The notes under the pieces were generated by a model. That model did not search any database. It was not told the origin of the DNA and worked only from the letters and a program-made list of their open reading frames with translations. A stretch of 64,000 nucleotides of DNA from a virus: positions 1 through 64,000 of IMG/VR virus record IMGVR_UViG_3300025687_000026. One strand, written 5' to 3'. Position 1 is the stretch's first letter, and each line of letters begins with the position of its first letter. Position numbers and translations under genes: made by a program. Shown piece after piece: positions 45,647-58,100 of this stretch.

Positions 45647-47118
45647 CTGAAAACAAAAATCACAACGCACAACGACTGAACATCGAGGCTGTCAAGCGCA
45701 TCGTCGGCACTGTCCGCACCACGCTTGGTCCGATGGGTATGGACAAAATGATGGTTGACGGTGGCGGAAATGTCATCGTCACCAACGACGGAGCAACCAT
45801 TCTCCGTGAATTGGATAGCGCCCACCCTGCGGCGAAGATGATTGTCGAGGTGTCCAAGGTCCAAGAAACGAACTGCTACGACGGAACCACCAGCAGCGTG
45901 GTGCTCGCAGGTCAACTGCTAAGCAACGCCGAGGGTCTATTCGACAAGGGCCTTCACCCCAATGTCGTCAACAAGGGTTACACCAAGGCTCAGGCGATGG
46001 TGCTTGAAGAACTTCCGAAACTCTCAGTTGATGGTGAGCGCTCACTGCAAGCCATCGCACGCACAGCCATCACAGGAAAGTCATTGGAAGCATCCGAAGA
46101 CCGCGTTGCTCAACTCTGCGTCGACACCATCCGTGCTGTCGGCGATGCTTCCGATGTCCGTGTGCTCGCTGCGCCCGGTGGCTCGCTCAATGACTCCTAT
46201 CTTTTCGAGGGCGTCGTGGTCAACAAGGACTTCGTTACGGCTGATGGTGACTTCGAGAACGCCGTTACGCCCATCCTGCTGGTCAACAGTGGGCTGGAGG
46301 AGCAGAAGCAAGACGGGAATGTGCAAGTGCAGGTGGACGCTTCGTCCTACAGCACGCTGAAGAATGCAGGGCGTGAGGAACTGCTGGAAGCAGCCAAGCA
46401 TATCGAAGCCTCAGGTGCCCGAGTCGTCTTCGTTCGCGACGGGGTGCACGATACGGTCGTGCAATATCTACACAAGCGTGGTGTCTTTGTCTGCCGCCGT
46501 GTGCCCCCGAGCACCATGAAGCGTCTCTGCAACGAGTTCGGTGTCAACGCTTACCACACGCCCGAGAGCGACATGGAATTGTGCGAGGCTCTCATCGACC
46601 GTCGCCGCTACAACGATGTCGACTACCTCTTCGTCAGCAACAACCTCGCCTCAAGCGAGGCTACACTGGTGCTGTTTGGCGCAACGCAGTCGACGCTGGA
46701 CGAGGTTCAGCGTGGCTTTGACGACGCATTGGGCGTCGTGTCCCTCGTGGCCAACGGCGACAGCGTCTGCTACGGTGGAGGTGCAACTTACCTCGCACTG
46801 GCCTCTTGCTTGAGGAGCCGTGCTGCTGAGGTGGGTGGTCGTGCTCAGATGGCGATTGAAGCCTACGCTGACGCACTGGAGGCTATCCCCGGCACCATCG
46901 CTGAAAACGCTGGTCATGATGCACTGGACACTGTGCTCGCTATGCGCCACGCTGGACTGCCCTTCGGGCCCAATGTGGAGACTGGCGGTATCATGGACAT
47001 GGGTGAGTCTCAGGTCTTTGAACCGATGTCGCTCATCCGCAGCGCTATCACGAGCGCTACTGAGGTCACGACAGCCATCCTACGCATCGACGACATCATT
47101 GGTCGGCGTGGTGAGTAA
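45643..47118 (+). CDS. ths: Group II chaperonin (thermosome-like)
   Basis: TLGPMGMDKM, TNDGATIL, DGTTS, GGGA, ILRIDD. Confidence 0.93.
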   Translation: MTENKNHNAQRLNIEAVKRIVGTVRTTLGPMGMDKMMVDGGGNVIVTNDGATILRELDSAHPAAKMIVEVSKVQETNCYDGTTSSVVLAGQLLSNAEGLFDKGLHPNVVNKGYTKAQAMVLEELPKLSVDGERSLQAIARTAITGKSLEASEDRVAQLCVDTIRAVGDASDVRVLAAPGGSLNDSYLFEGVVVNKDFVTADGDFENAVTPILLVNSGLEEQKQDGNVQVQVDASSYSTLKNAGREELLEAAKHIEASGARVVFVRDGVHDTVVQYLHKRGVFVCRRVPPSTMKRLCNEFGVNAYHTPESDMELCEALIDRRRYNDVDYLFVSNNLASSEATLVLFGATQSTLDEVQRGFDDALGVVSLVANGDSVCYGGGATYLALASCLRSRAAEVGGRAQMAIEAYADALEAIPGTIAENAGHDALDTVLAMRHAGLPFGPNVETGGIMDMGESQVFEPMSLIRSAITSATEVTTAILRIDDIIGRRGE

Positions 47119-47213
47119 GTGGCTACTTGCATCGCATGTCAGCGCTCTTGCCTACAAATACATCTTGTAGATGGCGAGTGGTGCCTTGATTGCTGGGAGA
47201 GCGAGGAAGAATA

Positions 47214-47381
47214 ATGGGTCGGCTGCTTGACAAGATGAAAGTCAAGTGCCGTCGCTGCGAGCACGAGCACATCCCTCGTCGTCTGCAAGCCCGGTTTCTT
47301 GACGGTGACAAAGAGCGGGTCAGCCTGTGGTGCTGTAGGGCCTGCGGTCACCTATGGGTTGACAGTGCCTTCAAGCATTAA
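47214..47381 (+). CDS. Small Zn-ribbon protein
   Basis: CRRC...CRAC; last gene before the convergent strand switch. Confidence 0.6.
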   Translation: MGRLLDKMKVKCRRCEHEHIPRRLQARFLDGDKERVSLWCCRACGHLWVDSAFKH

Positions 47382-47389
47382 CTATCACA

Positions 47390-50300
47390 TCAAGGAATTG
47401 GTCCCGGCGTGTAAACCGGATTGTTTGCCCAAGCCGCTATCCTGTCTAACGCTTCGGCTACTGTTGTTGGCGGAGGGCCTGCCCAATAAGCAGGGTTTGC
47501 CGCATAAACATCCGCCGCCGCATCTGTCGTGTCTGTCGTTGAGTAAGCGGTGTCAGTAAGGTTGCTTGCGGCAACGAGGTCACCGTTGGAGTCAGCGACA
47601 AGAACAGCGTTTGTAGCGTTAGTTTGTCGGATAGTGCCGTCCACATGAAGTTTTTGAGAGGGTGAAATCGTTCCAATACCGATTCTTCCTGTGGAGGCTT
47701 CGTGAGCAATACCATATCCACCGGGGCCACCATCACCCGTTCCGAGGTTTAAGGTTCGGAAATTGATGTTTTTAGCGTTATAATTGGTGACGACTTGCCC
47801 CGTTCCGCCTGTGGTATAACCTTCTAAATACATCATGGTTCTAAGGGTTCCTTCCACATCGGATTGGATAAACATAGCACCCGATTCCGCACCGCCCGTG
47901 GGGTCGTCTAAAACCATTCCAATTCGGCCATAAGGTTCGGGATTTGCACCATCGTTGTTTCCATACCACCATAGACTTCCGAGATAATCGTTTGTGGTTT
48001 GTTTTGCACTTTTAATGATGACATCGGGAGCCGAGTTAGAACCCGGAGTCGGGTCGGTGGATTCAATACGGAGGATTTCGTCTAAAGAGTTTTTGGAAAT
48101 ATGAAGGGCAACCTGCGGGGAGGCCGTTCCTAAACCAAGTCTGTTGTTTGCGTTGTCAAAGTGAAGGTTCGCATTGTCGCTGGCGAAAGCCACACCGTCG
48201 CTGAATTGGATAGCACCAGCCGCACCCGATGGCGTTCCAACCGAGCCAAGCGCGGTGTCAATTCCAGCAAGGTGACCTTCAACCGTTGATGCGGTAGGAG
48301 TGTAGTTTGTTGCACTTGCGGCGGCGGTGATTTCACCATCGTCGTAATCTCCCGATGTAGCAACAACCGCACCCGTCCTTCCGAACACGGATGATACACT
48401 ACCAGCAGAAGCAAGTGCGTTGTCAATTCCAACAAGGTGAGCCTCAACATCAGCGGTAGTGGCGGTGTAGTTGGTCGGAGAGTGTGTGGCGACAGGAACC
48501 TCATCGGCATTTTGGTCTGCCGTTGCGCCTGTTTCAATTCCTGTCAGTTTCGTGCGCTCGGCTGAAGTGATGATGGCTCCGCTTCCAGCGTTGGTCACAT
48601 CGTTAAGTTCAGTCACGCTGTGCGTTGAGAGGTCGGTCACATCCGTTGGCTTGTTGAGGATTTCAGCATCGCCGCTCACGGCATTCCAATCCGCATTGAC
48701 ATTGACTTCTGCGCCCGTAGCGATACCAGCAAGTTTGGTTTGCTCGGCATCCGTAAAGGCGTTGGTGTCGGCGTTGCTCTCGTAAGCCGTCTTGATTTCA
48801 CCCGCCGTTTGGTCTGCTGTTGCGCCCACTTCGATACCGTCGAGTTTGGTAGCCTGAGCGCCTGTCATCAAGCCGGAGTTACCACCGGCTACCACTTCAG
48901 TCAGCGTGGCGTTCGTCCCAGTGCTGCTACTCACAGTTTTTGAAGCAGCATCGTAAGCAAGGTCGGTAGCGGCAGCAGCCGCAGCGCCAGCAGCATCGAC
49001 AAAGCCAGCGTCGTTGTTGAGTTCGCTGATGTTGTCACCCTCGATAATCACCTTCTTCTCAGCGTTAGCGTTATTGGTGAACATCGGTCGGTTGGGTGTT
49101 TCGTTCTTGACCCAATACAACCCCTTGCCAGCAACCGATGTATGACCAGTGGCCGCTGTGTCAGCCTTTTCGTCGACGACTAAGCCGGTAGGGTCAATGA
49201 GCCCAGTCACGGTCAATTTACCGTTAACGGTGAGTTCGTTGGCTGCTGTGTCGTATGAGAGCGTTGAGTCACTGGTGAAGCCACCAGCACCATCGGAGAG
49301 TTGCACAAGACCGCTGGTCCCGCTTGAGGTGGTAGCCACGGTGCTGCTGAAGAGCACACGCTTCCAATTGGTGCCGTCGTAAGCGAACATGAGGGCGTTG
49401 CCTGCAGTGATGGCTTGGTTGAGCCCCGTGCTGTCAAAAGTGACGGTGCTGCCGCTGGGCACTGAGACAAAGACCGTGTGGCCCGGTGGGAAGGTGCCGC
49501 TGGGATTGAGCGTGATACCACTGCTTGCTGTTAGAACGAAGACCCGGTTACCGTCAAAGGTGAAGGTTTGATTCGTGCTTGGACTGGAGACATCAATGTT
49601 GGTAGGACCGAGCAAATGAGTGTGTCGGTTGCTGCCGTCTTTGGCGCTATAGTAGAGCATCGACTCGCCGTCGCTGTTAAACGATTGCCATACGATGCCG
49701 TTGTCGCCAAAAGTAGCGGGTTGACCCGTGTGCACCGTCTGTAGCGCTGTGTGGCTGTTGATGCCCGTGGTTGCCGAGATGGTGCCGTCACGCACTGGGG
49801 AGAAGTAAAGCGGCGAGGGGCGCACGAAGACGCGCTTGTCGTTGTATTCAGACAGAGATTCGATGTTCAAGTCACCCGTGGTCGCTCCACCAGCGTTGAC
49901 AGCACGCACTGTGCCCAGCACGATAGTCTGACGGTTGTCACCAGCCCCGCTACCGGTGGTGAGATAAGAAGCAGCCGTGCCTGAAATGGAGGGGTAGGCT
50001 CCTGCAGCGGTCGTGATGTTGACCGTTTGCGTTATCTTGAGGCCATCAGCCGTAGCAACGACTACGAAAAGACACTCTTCGCCGCTATTGAGTGCAACGA
50101 AGGAGCCAAGTTTCTCAGCGGTCGTGCTGGTCAGCGTGACCGTGATGTCACTGCCGCCGCCGATGGCGTAGAGGATGCCGTCAAGAATGACATCGCACGC
50201 TTTGACCACGAACTGGTTGGCGCCCGCTCCCGCACTGATAGCGCCGGGAAGGTCGGGTGGGTCGTTGCGGTCGTTATCGTCGTAAGCCGTATCGTGCGGC

Positions 50301-50434
50301 AACAAGATACCGTTGCCGTGCACGCCTTCGTAGAGATTTGTCAAGGACGGTGAGAGGATGTGACTTCCGTCAGTCAGTCCATCGTTAGCGCCGTCTGTGT
50401 GTCCCGAAAGGGGGTTATCTGTAGTCATCGTCAT
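47390..50434 (-). CDS. Tail fibre / receptor-binding-like virion protein
   Basis: Three TKLxGIxxGA repeats, two NYTxTxxxVExHLxGIDxAL repeats, VSSVFGRTGAV, two R[LI]G[LI]GT..P...LH motifs; Thr/Gly/Ser-rich. Confidence 0.75.
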   Translation of the reverse strand: MTMTTDNPLSGHTDGANDGLTDGSHILSPSLTNLYEGVHGNGILLPHDTAYDDNDRNDPPDLPGAISAGAGANQFVVKACDVILDGILYAIGGGSDITVTLTSTTAEKLGSFVALNSGEECLFVVVATADGLKITQTVNITTAAGAYPSISGTAASYLTTGSGAGDNRQTIVLGTVRAVNAGGATTGDLNIESLSEYNDKRVFVRPSPLYFSPVRDGTISATTGINSHTALQTVHTGQPATFGDNGIVWQSFNSDGESMLYYSAKDGSNRHTHLLGPTNIDVSSPSTNQTFTFDGNRVFVLTASSGITLNPSGTFPPGHTVFVSVPSGSTVTFDSTGLNQAITAGNALMFAYDGTNWKRVLFSSTVATTSSGTSGLVQLSDGAGGFTSDSTLSYDTAANELTVNGKLTVTGLIDPTGLVVDEKADTAATGHTSVAGKGLYWVKNETPNRPMFTNNANAEKKVIIEGDNISELNNDAGFVDAAGAAAAAATDLAYDAASKTVSSSTGTNATLTEVVAGGNSGLMTGAQATKLDGIEVGATADQTAGEIKTAYESNADTNAFTDAEQTKLAGIATGAEVNVNADWNAVSGDAEILNKPTDVTDLSTHSVTELNDVTNAGSGAIITSAERTKLTGIETGATADQNADEVPVATHSPTNYTATTADVEAHLVGIDNALASAGSVSSVFGRTGAVVATSGDYDDGEITAAASATNYTPTASTVEGHLAGIDTALGSVGTPSGAAGAIQFSDGVAFASDNANLHFDNANNRLGLGTASPQVALHISKNSLDEILRIESTDPTPGSNSAPDVIIKSAKQTTNDYLGSLWWYGNNDGANPEPYGRIGMVLDDPTGGAESGAMFIQSDVEGTLRTMMYLEGYTTGGTGQVVTNYNAKNINFRTLNLGTGDGGPGGYGIAHEASTGRIGIGTISPSQKLHVDGTIRQTNATNAVLVADSNGDLVAASNLTDTAYSTTDTTDAAADVYAANPAYWAGPPPTTVAEALDRIAAWANNPVYTPGPIP

Positions 50435-50435
50435 T

Positions 50436-50780
50436 CTATTTCACCTCAATCAACAATTGAATGCGTAGTTCGTTTTGCGTCGTCTTAAGCACAGGAAGAA
50501 TCGTGTGCCGAGCGACTGGCGTGAAAGAGTTTGAACCACGGAACTGGACATAGACTTCTTTCAAGGAGTCCGTGAACTCTTCCGATGCTGGTATAAAACC
50601 TTCAACGAGGATGGTGTTGTCGTCGACGATGCGCACCGTCGGATTGAGCGTGATGGCTGGACGACCAGCGGCCCCATCAGAACTCGTAGATGGGGTTCCA
50701 TCGAAACCTATAATCATCTCGTTGATGTTGCTCGCTATCGTGTCGAGCAGCGCCCGTTTGATGTGGTCGCTTACCGGCAT
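50436..50780 (-). CDS. Putative tail structural protein
   Basis: Position in structural operon; beta-rich. Confidence 0.55.
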   Translation of the reverse strand: MPVSDHIKRALLDTIASNINEMIIGFDGTPSTSSDGAAGRPAITLNPTVRIVDDNTILVEGFIPASEEFTDSLKEVYVQFRGSNSFTPVARHTILPVLKTTQNELRIQLLIEVK

Positions 50781-52189
50781 TATGCGTCACCTCTGTATGT
50801 GATTGGAGTGGACTTGCTACCACCGAGGGTTTCTTCGTCACTACTTCCACCGAGCACGCCCCTGTTCATGGCTTTACCGATGATAAACCCTGAGAGGCCG
50901 TGATTCTGAATTGTAATGATGGGAACCGTGACAATTTCGATGTCACCAAACAACGAGAAGTTTTGTTCAATGACCTGCTCGACGACTTCAGGCCGACGGC
51001 CGGTGTTCTGAGCACCCTCAAGAATGCCTTGCAGCACGCCTTCAATGCCGCTGTCAACGGTGAGGAAAACAAGGTCAGCGGTGTTCTCCGAAAGGTTGTG
51101 ACGCACTTCGGTGAGGATGCGGTTGCGTCCTTCATATTCGATGATTTTACCCGGTCGCAAGTCCCATGAAGCGGTGTGACCTGAACTGGTCTTGTTACCG
51201 GCGAGAAGGTTGTTGGCCTTCAACACGCTGCGTGCAACACGACGGGCCGCCTCGTTGTTTCGCACCGTGAAGTCTTCAATGACCTGCGGGTCCTGTTGCA
51301 CATCGCCACCACGACCACTCTGTCGCTCAGCATCGCTGACTTCGGCGTAGGCGGTATCGTTGACCGAGAGGGGTGTGCCTTGCACGATAACACGGTTGCT
51401 GGTGTTGTCGACTGGGTTGGTTCCAGCAGGCCCGGTCCTGTTGTTAGCGTCGACGAAACGACCGCTTTCACCGAAGTTGAACGGCACATAGAGCAGGCTA
51501 CCAAAGCGCTCAAAGTAGATGATGCGATTGTCATGACGCCCAAGGAAACGCAACGCCGTGACGAGGTTGACTCCGTAGAAGTCGGTAGCGATAAAGCGGG
51601 TGCTGTGACGGCGACGGTCACCGCTGGAGTTGCTGGGAGTGAGCGGAAGTGCGATGTTGACCGAGGTGAGCGTATCAGCGATGTCACGACCAAGACGCAT
51701 GGCCATGTCGGTCGTGCGGAAACCGACATCAATTGGCTGCGCTGCGTAACCTGCCGTGCTGTTGAAGCCCAGTTCACTGAGCGTTTTGCCTTTCATGTTC
51801 CGCACTGCAAAAACAGAACCCTTGTTTCCAGTGGAGTGACTACCGAGTGACAGGCGCTCAGTCTGCTGGTCTATAGAATACAACATCCTCGGACTATTTG
51901 AAGCAGCATCGCTACGCATGTAGAAGATGCGATTTTGTGAAGTGTGACCCGGCGTTGATGTGTGAGTCAAAACGACACTGTCTTGACGCTCGTCGATGGT
52001 GTAAGAGTGCGTTGATGCGACAGCGTAGGTTGAGGTCTTGCGTTGCTTGACGGTGACCTTAGCCTGCGTTGTGCCCTGCATAGCAATTTCACCAAGGTGC
52101 ACTGCGTTGTCGACGAAGACTGGCTTGCGCACTTGTTTCATCACGACATCGGTGTCACCGGTCGTGCGTTGCTGTGCGAGGAAGGTCAC
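50780..52189 (-). CDS. Putative tail hub/baseplate-like protein
   Basis: NRVIVQG...A...A..L...DLRPG.I pattern typical of hub proteins; position. Confidence 0.55.
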   Translation of the reverse strand: MTFLAQQRTTGDTDVVMKQVRKPVFVDNAVHLGEIAMQGTTQAKVTVKQRKTSTYAVASTHSYTIDERQDSVVLTHTSTPGHTSQNRIFYMRSDAASNSPRMLYSIDQQTERLSLGSHSTGNKGSVFAVRNMKGKTLSELGFNSTAGYAAQPIDVGFRTTDMAMRLGRDIADTLTSVNIALPLTPSNSSGDRRRHSTRFIATDFYGVNLVTALRFLGRHDNRIIYFERFGSLLYVPFNFGESGRFVDANNRTGPAGTNPVDNTSNRVIVQGTPLSVNDTAYAEVSDAERQSGRGGDVQQDPQVIEDFTVRNNEAARRVARSVLKANNLLAGNKTSSGHTASWDLRPGKIIEYEGRNRILTEVRHNLSENTADLVFLTVDSGIEGVLQGILEGAQNTGRRPEVVEQVIEQNFSLFGDIEIVTVPIITIQNHGLSGFIIGKAMNRGVLGGSSDEETLGGSKSTPITYRGDA

Positions 52190-55100
52190 GGAGCATCACC
52201 ACTGTGGTCGGATGTGTTGTAAGTCACATCGGCCTTGTGTCCCTTGCTATGCAGAGACTGACTGAAGCGGGGCTTGACTGAGTAGTCCTTACCGCTACCT
52301 GTGCGACGAGGAGCGTCGCTGCGATAGTGCTGCAGCGTGTTCTCGCTGATGAGCAAACGAGTCACTGTGGACTTGAGTGTGCCGGTGTCGAATGTAGGCA
52401 TCGCCGAACCGGGGAGTTTCGGACCCTTCGACACCGGCACAGTGTCGCTACTGCTTTCCATCAAATAAACGGGCTGGTAAGGAGCGTTTCCGTCAGGCAC
52501 CGTTGCACGCATGTAAGAGCCCGCTGAGGCGTTGGTGGACTCGTAGGTGAAGAGCCCATACTTGCCGCCAGCAGTGGCGGTGTAGAAGGTGCTTCCGTAT
52601 TGAGGTGTGCCGCTGGCGACAGCGCGAACAGGGCGGAAGACTTCGATGTGTTGGTTGTCCAGCAGACGCACCGGACGCAACATGAATCGCACTGTCGTGT
52701 CCGTGAGGTTATGAGGTGTCGTCGTGCTTGTCGTGGTCTGATATGGATTGCTGGTTGTGCCCGAACCGCTGCGACCCCAACCGGTGTCATCGAATGGGTT
52801 GACGAACGAGCGGGACTCAAGGATGTAGGTGCCGCCCATGGGCTTGATGTTACCAGTGTGGCTAAAACGCATGACCCCGCCTTGAGGTTGAGCAGCGAAG
52901 GAGAGGCTCGTTAGGTCATAGTCTTCCAGCGTCTGCGAACCTGACTGCAATCCACCCTGCAGGACGATACGCTGCCCAACACCACGGTCAGTGTGCAGGC
53001 TATGAGCCTCACTGTTGATGGCGACCATGTCGGCATTGATGCCGGTGGAGAAGGACTCAAGCGTGTCAGCGTCAATACCGATACGGGGCGAGGAGCGAGA
53101 GATTGGCTCTTTGTGCACCGAGGTGCCGGTGATGCTCTCGACACGGTCGCTGACTGCAGCCTCGGGCTTAAGCAAACCGTCCTCAGCAATTTCAAGGCGA
53201 CCACTGATACCACGCTTGACTTCGTCGGGCTGCAGCACATCATCACGAGGTCGCAGCAACCCTTGACCGAAGGTTGGCTCAGCCGTGTGATGCGAGAGAA
53301 CGACGCCCGAACCTTCGTAGACGGCGCTTAATTCGGTTAGAACATCCTCGTTGAACTGCGTTGGATAACGCACACCACGCCCACCACCCATGTCGCCGAC
53401 ACGCATGGCGTTGGTTGGGGCAAAGACATCGACAAGGACGAAGGCGTTGTTGTTGTTTGTGTCATTGAGTCGACCACCAAAGCGTGGAATGACTTCAGTT
53501 GGGCTGCTCAACACTTTGCCCGTAAGAGGGTCAACGACACCTTTGAAGTTGACAATCGGCTTACCTCCGTTCCACAACCGAGCGTAAGGTGAACGACCGT
53601 AAGTGCGGTCGTATTCGTATGCGTCGCCTGCGTCCCAAGCAGGACGGATGCCGAAGCCACGCACCGGTGCTTTGCGGACATCTTCACCGCGAGTGTTGCC
53701 CCACCAGTCGACAAGATAGTAGCCCGCCGCACCTTCAATGGTGCCGATACCAAGACCTTGGCTATCACCCCACCAGTCACGAGGAGCGTCAGCATTGTTG
53801 CGAATGATGCGAACAGGACAGCCAAACGAGCGAGTCATGCGGCGACCGTCGCTGTAGCGCACCTGCCATTCAGGTTTGTCGGGCCCGAGCATACCACTAA
53901 AGTTGGTCTGCCTTTCCATAACGCCAACATAGGTCGTTGGTAGCGTTTTTGGGGTCAAACCAGCACCACCAGCGTAATTCCAATCTTGCGATTCGTATTC
54001 GACCAGTGGACCGGGCTTGTAACCGAGGGTCAGGTTGCTGCTACTATAGGAGGATTCAGTGAAGGCACGCATGCCGTAGTGTCCCCATTGAGGGCGGTTC
54101 CACGGTTGACGCAGACCGAATCGGTAGCCGAATGGATAAGAGCGGGTGCTCACAAGACTCGATGCGATGCCGATGCCGTCGCTCGCAGTATAAGAAGCAG
54201 CATCGCCAGTGTCTTCCCAATGCTTACCGCCGCCTGCTTCGTAGAGGGCTGGTAGATTCCACGCAGCAGACCAAGCAGCATAGCCGTCAAGACGACTGAC
54301 GAGTGGTCCGCCACGGCTACCGCTTGGCCAATAGTGACTGAGCATGACAGTGTTGCTGCCTTGCGCTTGATAACCCGACATAATGTGAATGTTAGCAGCC
54401 GTCTCTGCTGTTCCGTCAGCGCCAAAGTAGACCTTGGACCCAACGGCCGGTGTAAAGAGGATGTCTGTAGTCAGAACAATGTTCACACCGCTTATTCCAC
54501 CGCCTGCAATTTTACCCAACACCTTACCTTCGACAAAAATGTAATCGCCTGCTGAAGCCCCGTCGCTACTGACATCAGCATTCATCGTGATGGTGGAAGG
54601 TGAACCGGCCGCTGATTGGAAAGTGCCTGAGAACTGACTGGGTGGCTCGGGCGTCTTGAAATCGAGGTGGAACGGACCAAGGCTGGCGGCGTAGTTGACG
54701 CCGTGATAATGCACCGTCTCAAAGTGTTCAGGCATGCTGTTGTAGGCCGCTTTGTCTACAGCCCGGTCATCAGTAGCGTCGCCCCATGTTCGGCTGCTGT
54801 CGGAGTAGAAAGTATGGGGTCGACCGAGGTTTGGATGCCATGCGCAAACGAATGCGTCAGGAGTGTAGAGACTGTTCGTATCTCGTGTCCCACCACGCAA
54901 CTGGTCGAGATTAAGCGACAAAACACCTTGCGACTTGGTCAATAGCGAAGTCGAAACTTCACGACTGTAAGGTCGACTTAAGCGGAGCACGGTGCCCGCA
55001 CTCGGCAAACTCAAAGCAGTCGTGATGAAACGATAGGGTTGGTTCATTGTTCCGCTACTGTAAGTCAAGCCTGTGCGTTTGGTGTAAGACAGCGTCTGAG

Positions 55101-58100
55101 TCACACCGTCATTATCGGTGTAGACCAGTTGTTGACCGTAGTAGGGCACTTCAGGGAACAACGAAGCGTCATCGACCTGAATGTAACCAACGCCCGTGCT
55201 CTGCACCGTGGCGACAGGTGAAATGGAGGTGTTAGCCAGCACCTTGGAGTAGATGTCAGGGCTAATGGAGGGATAGCCACCAAGCGTCAACTGAGCGCCA
55301 AGTGCTCCATGAGAGGCACGACAGAACTCGTAGTAGTTGTCAAGACGATAGAGGGCGAGATGGCGGAAACCTGTGGCCGTAGCGTCATCGGGGGAGTTTT
55401 TGTGCAAAATGCTCCACCATGGGATGTTCAATGTGTAACCGGGTGTGGCGTCAACGAACATGCTCGTGTGATAGGGGTGAGAGCGACGAGTGAAAGTGGG
55501 CGATTCGCTACCCTGCACACCCAATGCGTTGTAAAGCAGCATCGGTGGGAGATTGCTAAACTGACTGCCGTGGTCAGGGTCGTGGTCAAGGATGACCTCG
55601 TTGACGAAAATCTCGCAGCCGCGCACATCAGCAAGCGTCGCTTCAGAAAGGATGAGAGTCGCCGCACCAATCGCCGTCCCTCGCTCGCTGTCATACTTGA
55701 TGCCGACCACGAGGTGCACTTGTTGACCGGTGAGTTCACGAGCAGTGCCGTCGGGTAAGGCTGAAGCGTCACTGTTGTTATGATGGAAGCCAGTAAGTTG
55801 TTGCTTACGCAGGTTAGGCTGGATGACAATTTGATAGGCACCAACCTCGGCAGGGTCAGGGAAGTGTCCGTCCTGCGTGTAGTTGGCTCCTGCCTCAAGC
55901 ACGATGGAGTGGCCACCGGCTTTGTTGATGTCGCCAGCATCGCCCTTGGATGCGAGGACGCCGTAGCCATCAAAGCGCACCTTTGTTTCAAACATCAGCG
56001 TGAAGGCCCCACCATGGATGTCGCTGGGACCGCTCGGCGTAGCGGTCAGACTACCGATGCGCAGTTGCGGGTTGAGAGGGTGTAGGTAGTCGGTGACGCT
56101 GGCCGGTAGGGTTGTCGTGGTTGGGTCCACATTCTCCAGTAGACGGATGAGGTCGGCATCTTGGAGTGTCGCTCTGCGCTCGGCCTCGTGCTTGCCGTAG
56201 AGGCCTTGGTAAGCAGGATGAGCCCAGTGACCGGGTAGCATCGGCATCGTAGCGTTAACGAAGTGATGTCCCATACGAGGCATCGGCATTGGTGTGAGTT
56301 GCGGTTTGCTGTAGCGTGTGTGAGCCAGCAACGCAGTGCCGGTGATGTATTCAGTATGAGCCATGTCAGGGCTGTTACCGCTCACTTCGGCGTGGTCACG
56401 CAAGCGGCGTGCTGCAAAGAAGCGAGTGCTACCAGCAGGGATGTAGTAGGAGGGTGTGATGGTGGCGCTTGGATTGGCTGCGATAAACTCGGTGAAGTCA
56501 ATGTCACCAACCACGCCAGTGAAGGTGTCGCCGCTTATGCCCGTGTAGGACACTACGCACGAGTCGCCGCTGCTTGAAAGGCGCAAGAAACGACGGTTGT
56601 CGCTAACTTCTTTGGAAGCAAACGCTGCATCAAAAACACGGCTGTTGATGGTGGCTGAAGCGGTCAACACACCGCTGCTGTAAGAAGACACGGTGAGGCT
56701 TTGCGTCTCAACGCCGTTGCTGTGCGTGTAGACGGTTGGGAAGCGGTCCGTGTGGCTGTGCCCCATCTTTGTGACATGGAAGAAGAGCGTGCGGTCGTGC
56801 AATTCGTAAGACGACTGCAGTGGGCGGTTACCGGTAGTTTCAACCCATCCGTTCTTCGTGCTGTCGGGGAAGGCACTACCTTCAGCGATGTGCTCCCAAC
56901 CCACTTCGTTCATGGTCGGACCGTAGCGCGGTCCGCTGATGGCGTTGTCAAACAGATGTCCGAGGTGGCTCGCACCAAGGTCGGGGTGAATCATACCGCC
57001 GTCGCCCATTGTCTCGTTTTGATAGGCTTGCAGCCGGTCAAATCCGCTGCGGACAAGGATGTTACCGGGGATGGACTCAGGGTCAGGAAGTTGGACCACG
57101 AGGTTTGGCGAGGTTGAGGTGTTGGCTACCGAAGGAGCCAAACCGCTGGCGAGGCGCTCACCAGCAGCACGGAAGGCACGAATGACCACACCGAGTGGCG
57201 AGCCGCCGCTAAGCGTGTGTGTTTGTCCCGTGTCGTCAATGACTTCCATCTCTTCAAACTGCAGATGCTCGTTGGGAATCTCAAGCACATTCTGTAGTTT
57301 GATACGGTGCTTTTCAGCCAGTTGCGGATGCGCCAGTTCCTGCGCTTGCAGGACAGGTAACATAGCGCTGTTCGTTGTCTCAAAAGAGAAACGGACATTC
57401 CCAAGCAACTTCTCACCCGTAGTGTAGCCTACACCGCCGCTGACACGGTTCACCCAAGGCACAGCACCAAGTCCACGAGCGTTGACGGCAGGCATCGAGA
57501 GGCTACCACCGTCCATTCGTTTCCACACAACATGCTCAATGTTGAAGTTCTTAGCAGGGGAGCGAGCATACATCTCGTAAGCGTTGACATCTCCGACCCA
57601 AAAGGTGTTTTTTTGCTTCGTCCCACCAAACAGTGTAGAAGGTTGGACAGATGCGGAAGCATAGAAGTTAGCAGCAACATTCCGTTGCGCCCCTGCGCTG
57701 GCTGAGAAGTGGGAGCCGATGCTCTTGTCAAGGTCAAAAAAGAGGTCGCCGGTTTTCGTAAAGCAGGGCTCAGCGTTTTCCAAGTCACTCTCAGCAGTAA
57801 TCGGCGGATGAAGTGAGAACTCTGCGTCAAATGGAGCGCCGTCCAAAGCGTTCGTAACAGTGTAATCTGAGATAGTTGGACGAGAAGTTGCATTGTGGAT
57901 GAGTGCCTCGACATTCGGGCCTGCGTGCGCTGGAGCATAGAAGCGGTCTTGACCGTGAATGCGGTCGTCCCAGCGCACTGTGCCCGCCTTAGTGACATCA
58001 GCAGCGTCGACAAGACGCAGCCAGTCACCAACGCTCTTTTGCCCGTCACGGTCCGTCTTGGCGACAAGAGCCAATTCTGACTCATGAGAGATAACAAGCA

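Noticed and set aside
12253-47170. Long antisense ORFs (e.g. 21135..22046, 33188..34180, 41655..42539)
   Set aside because: Shadow frames opposite well-supported genes, caused by biased codon usage.
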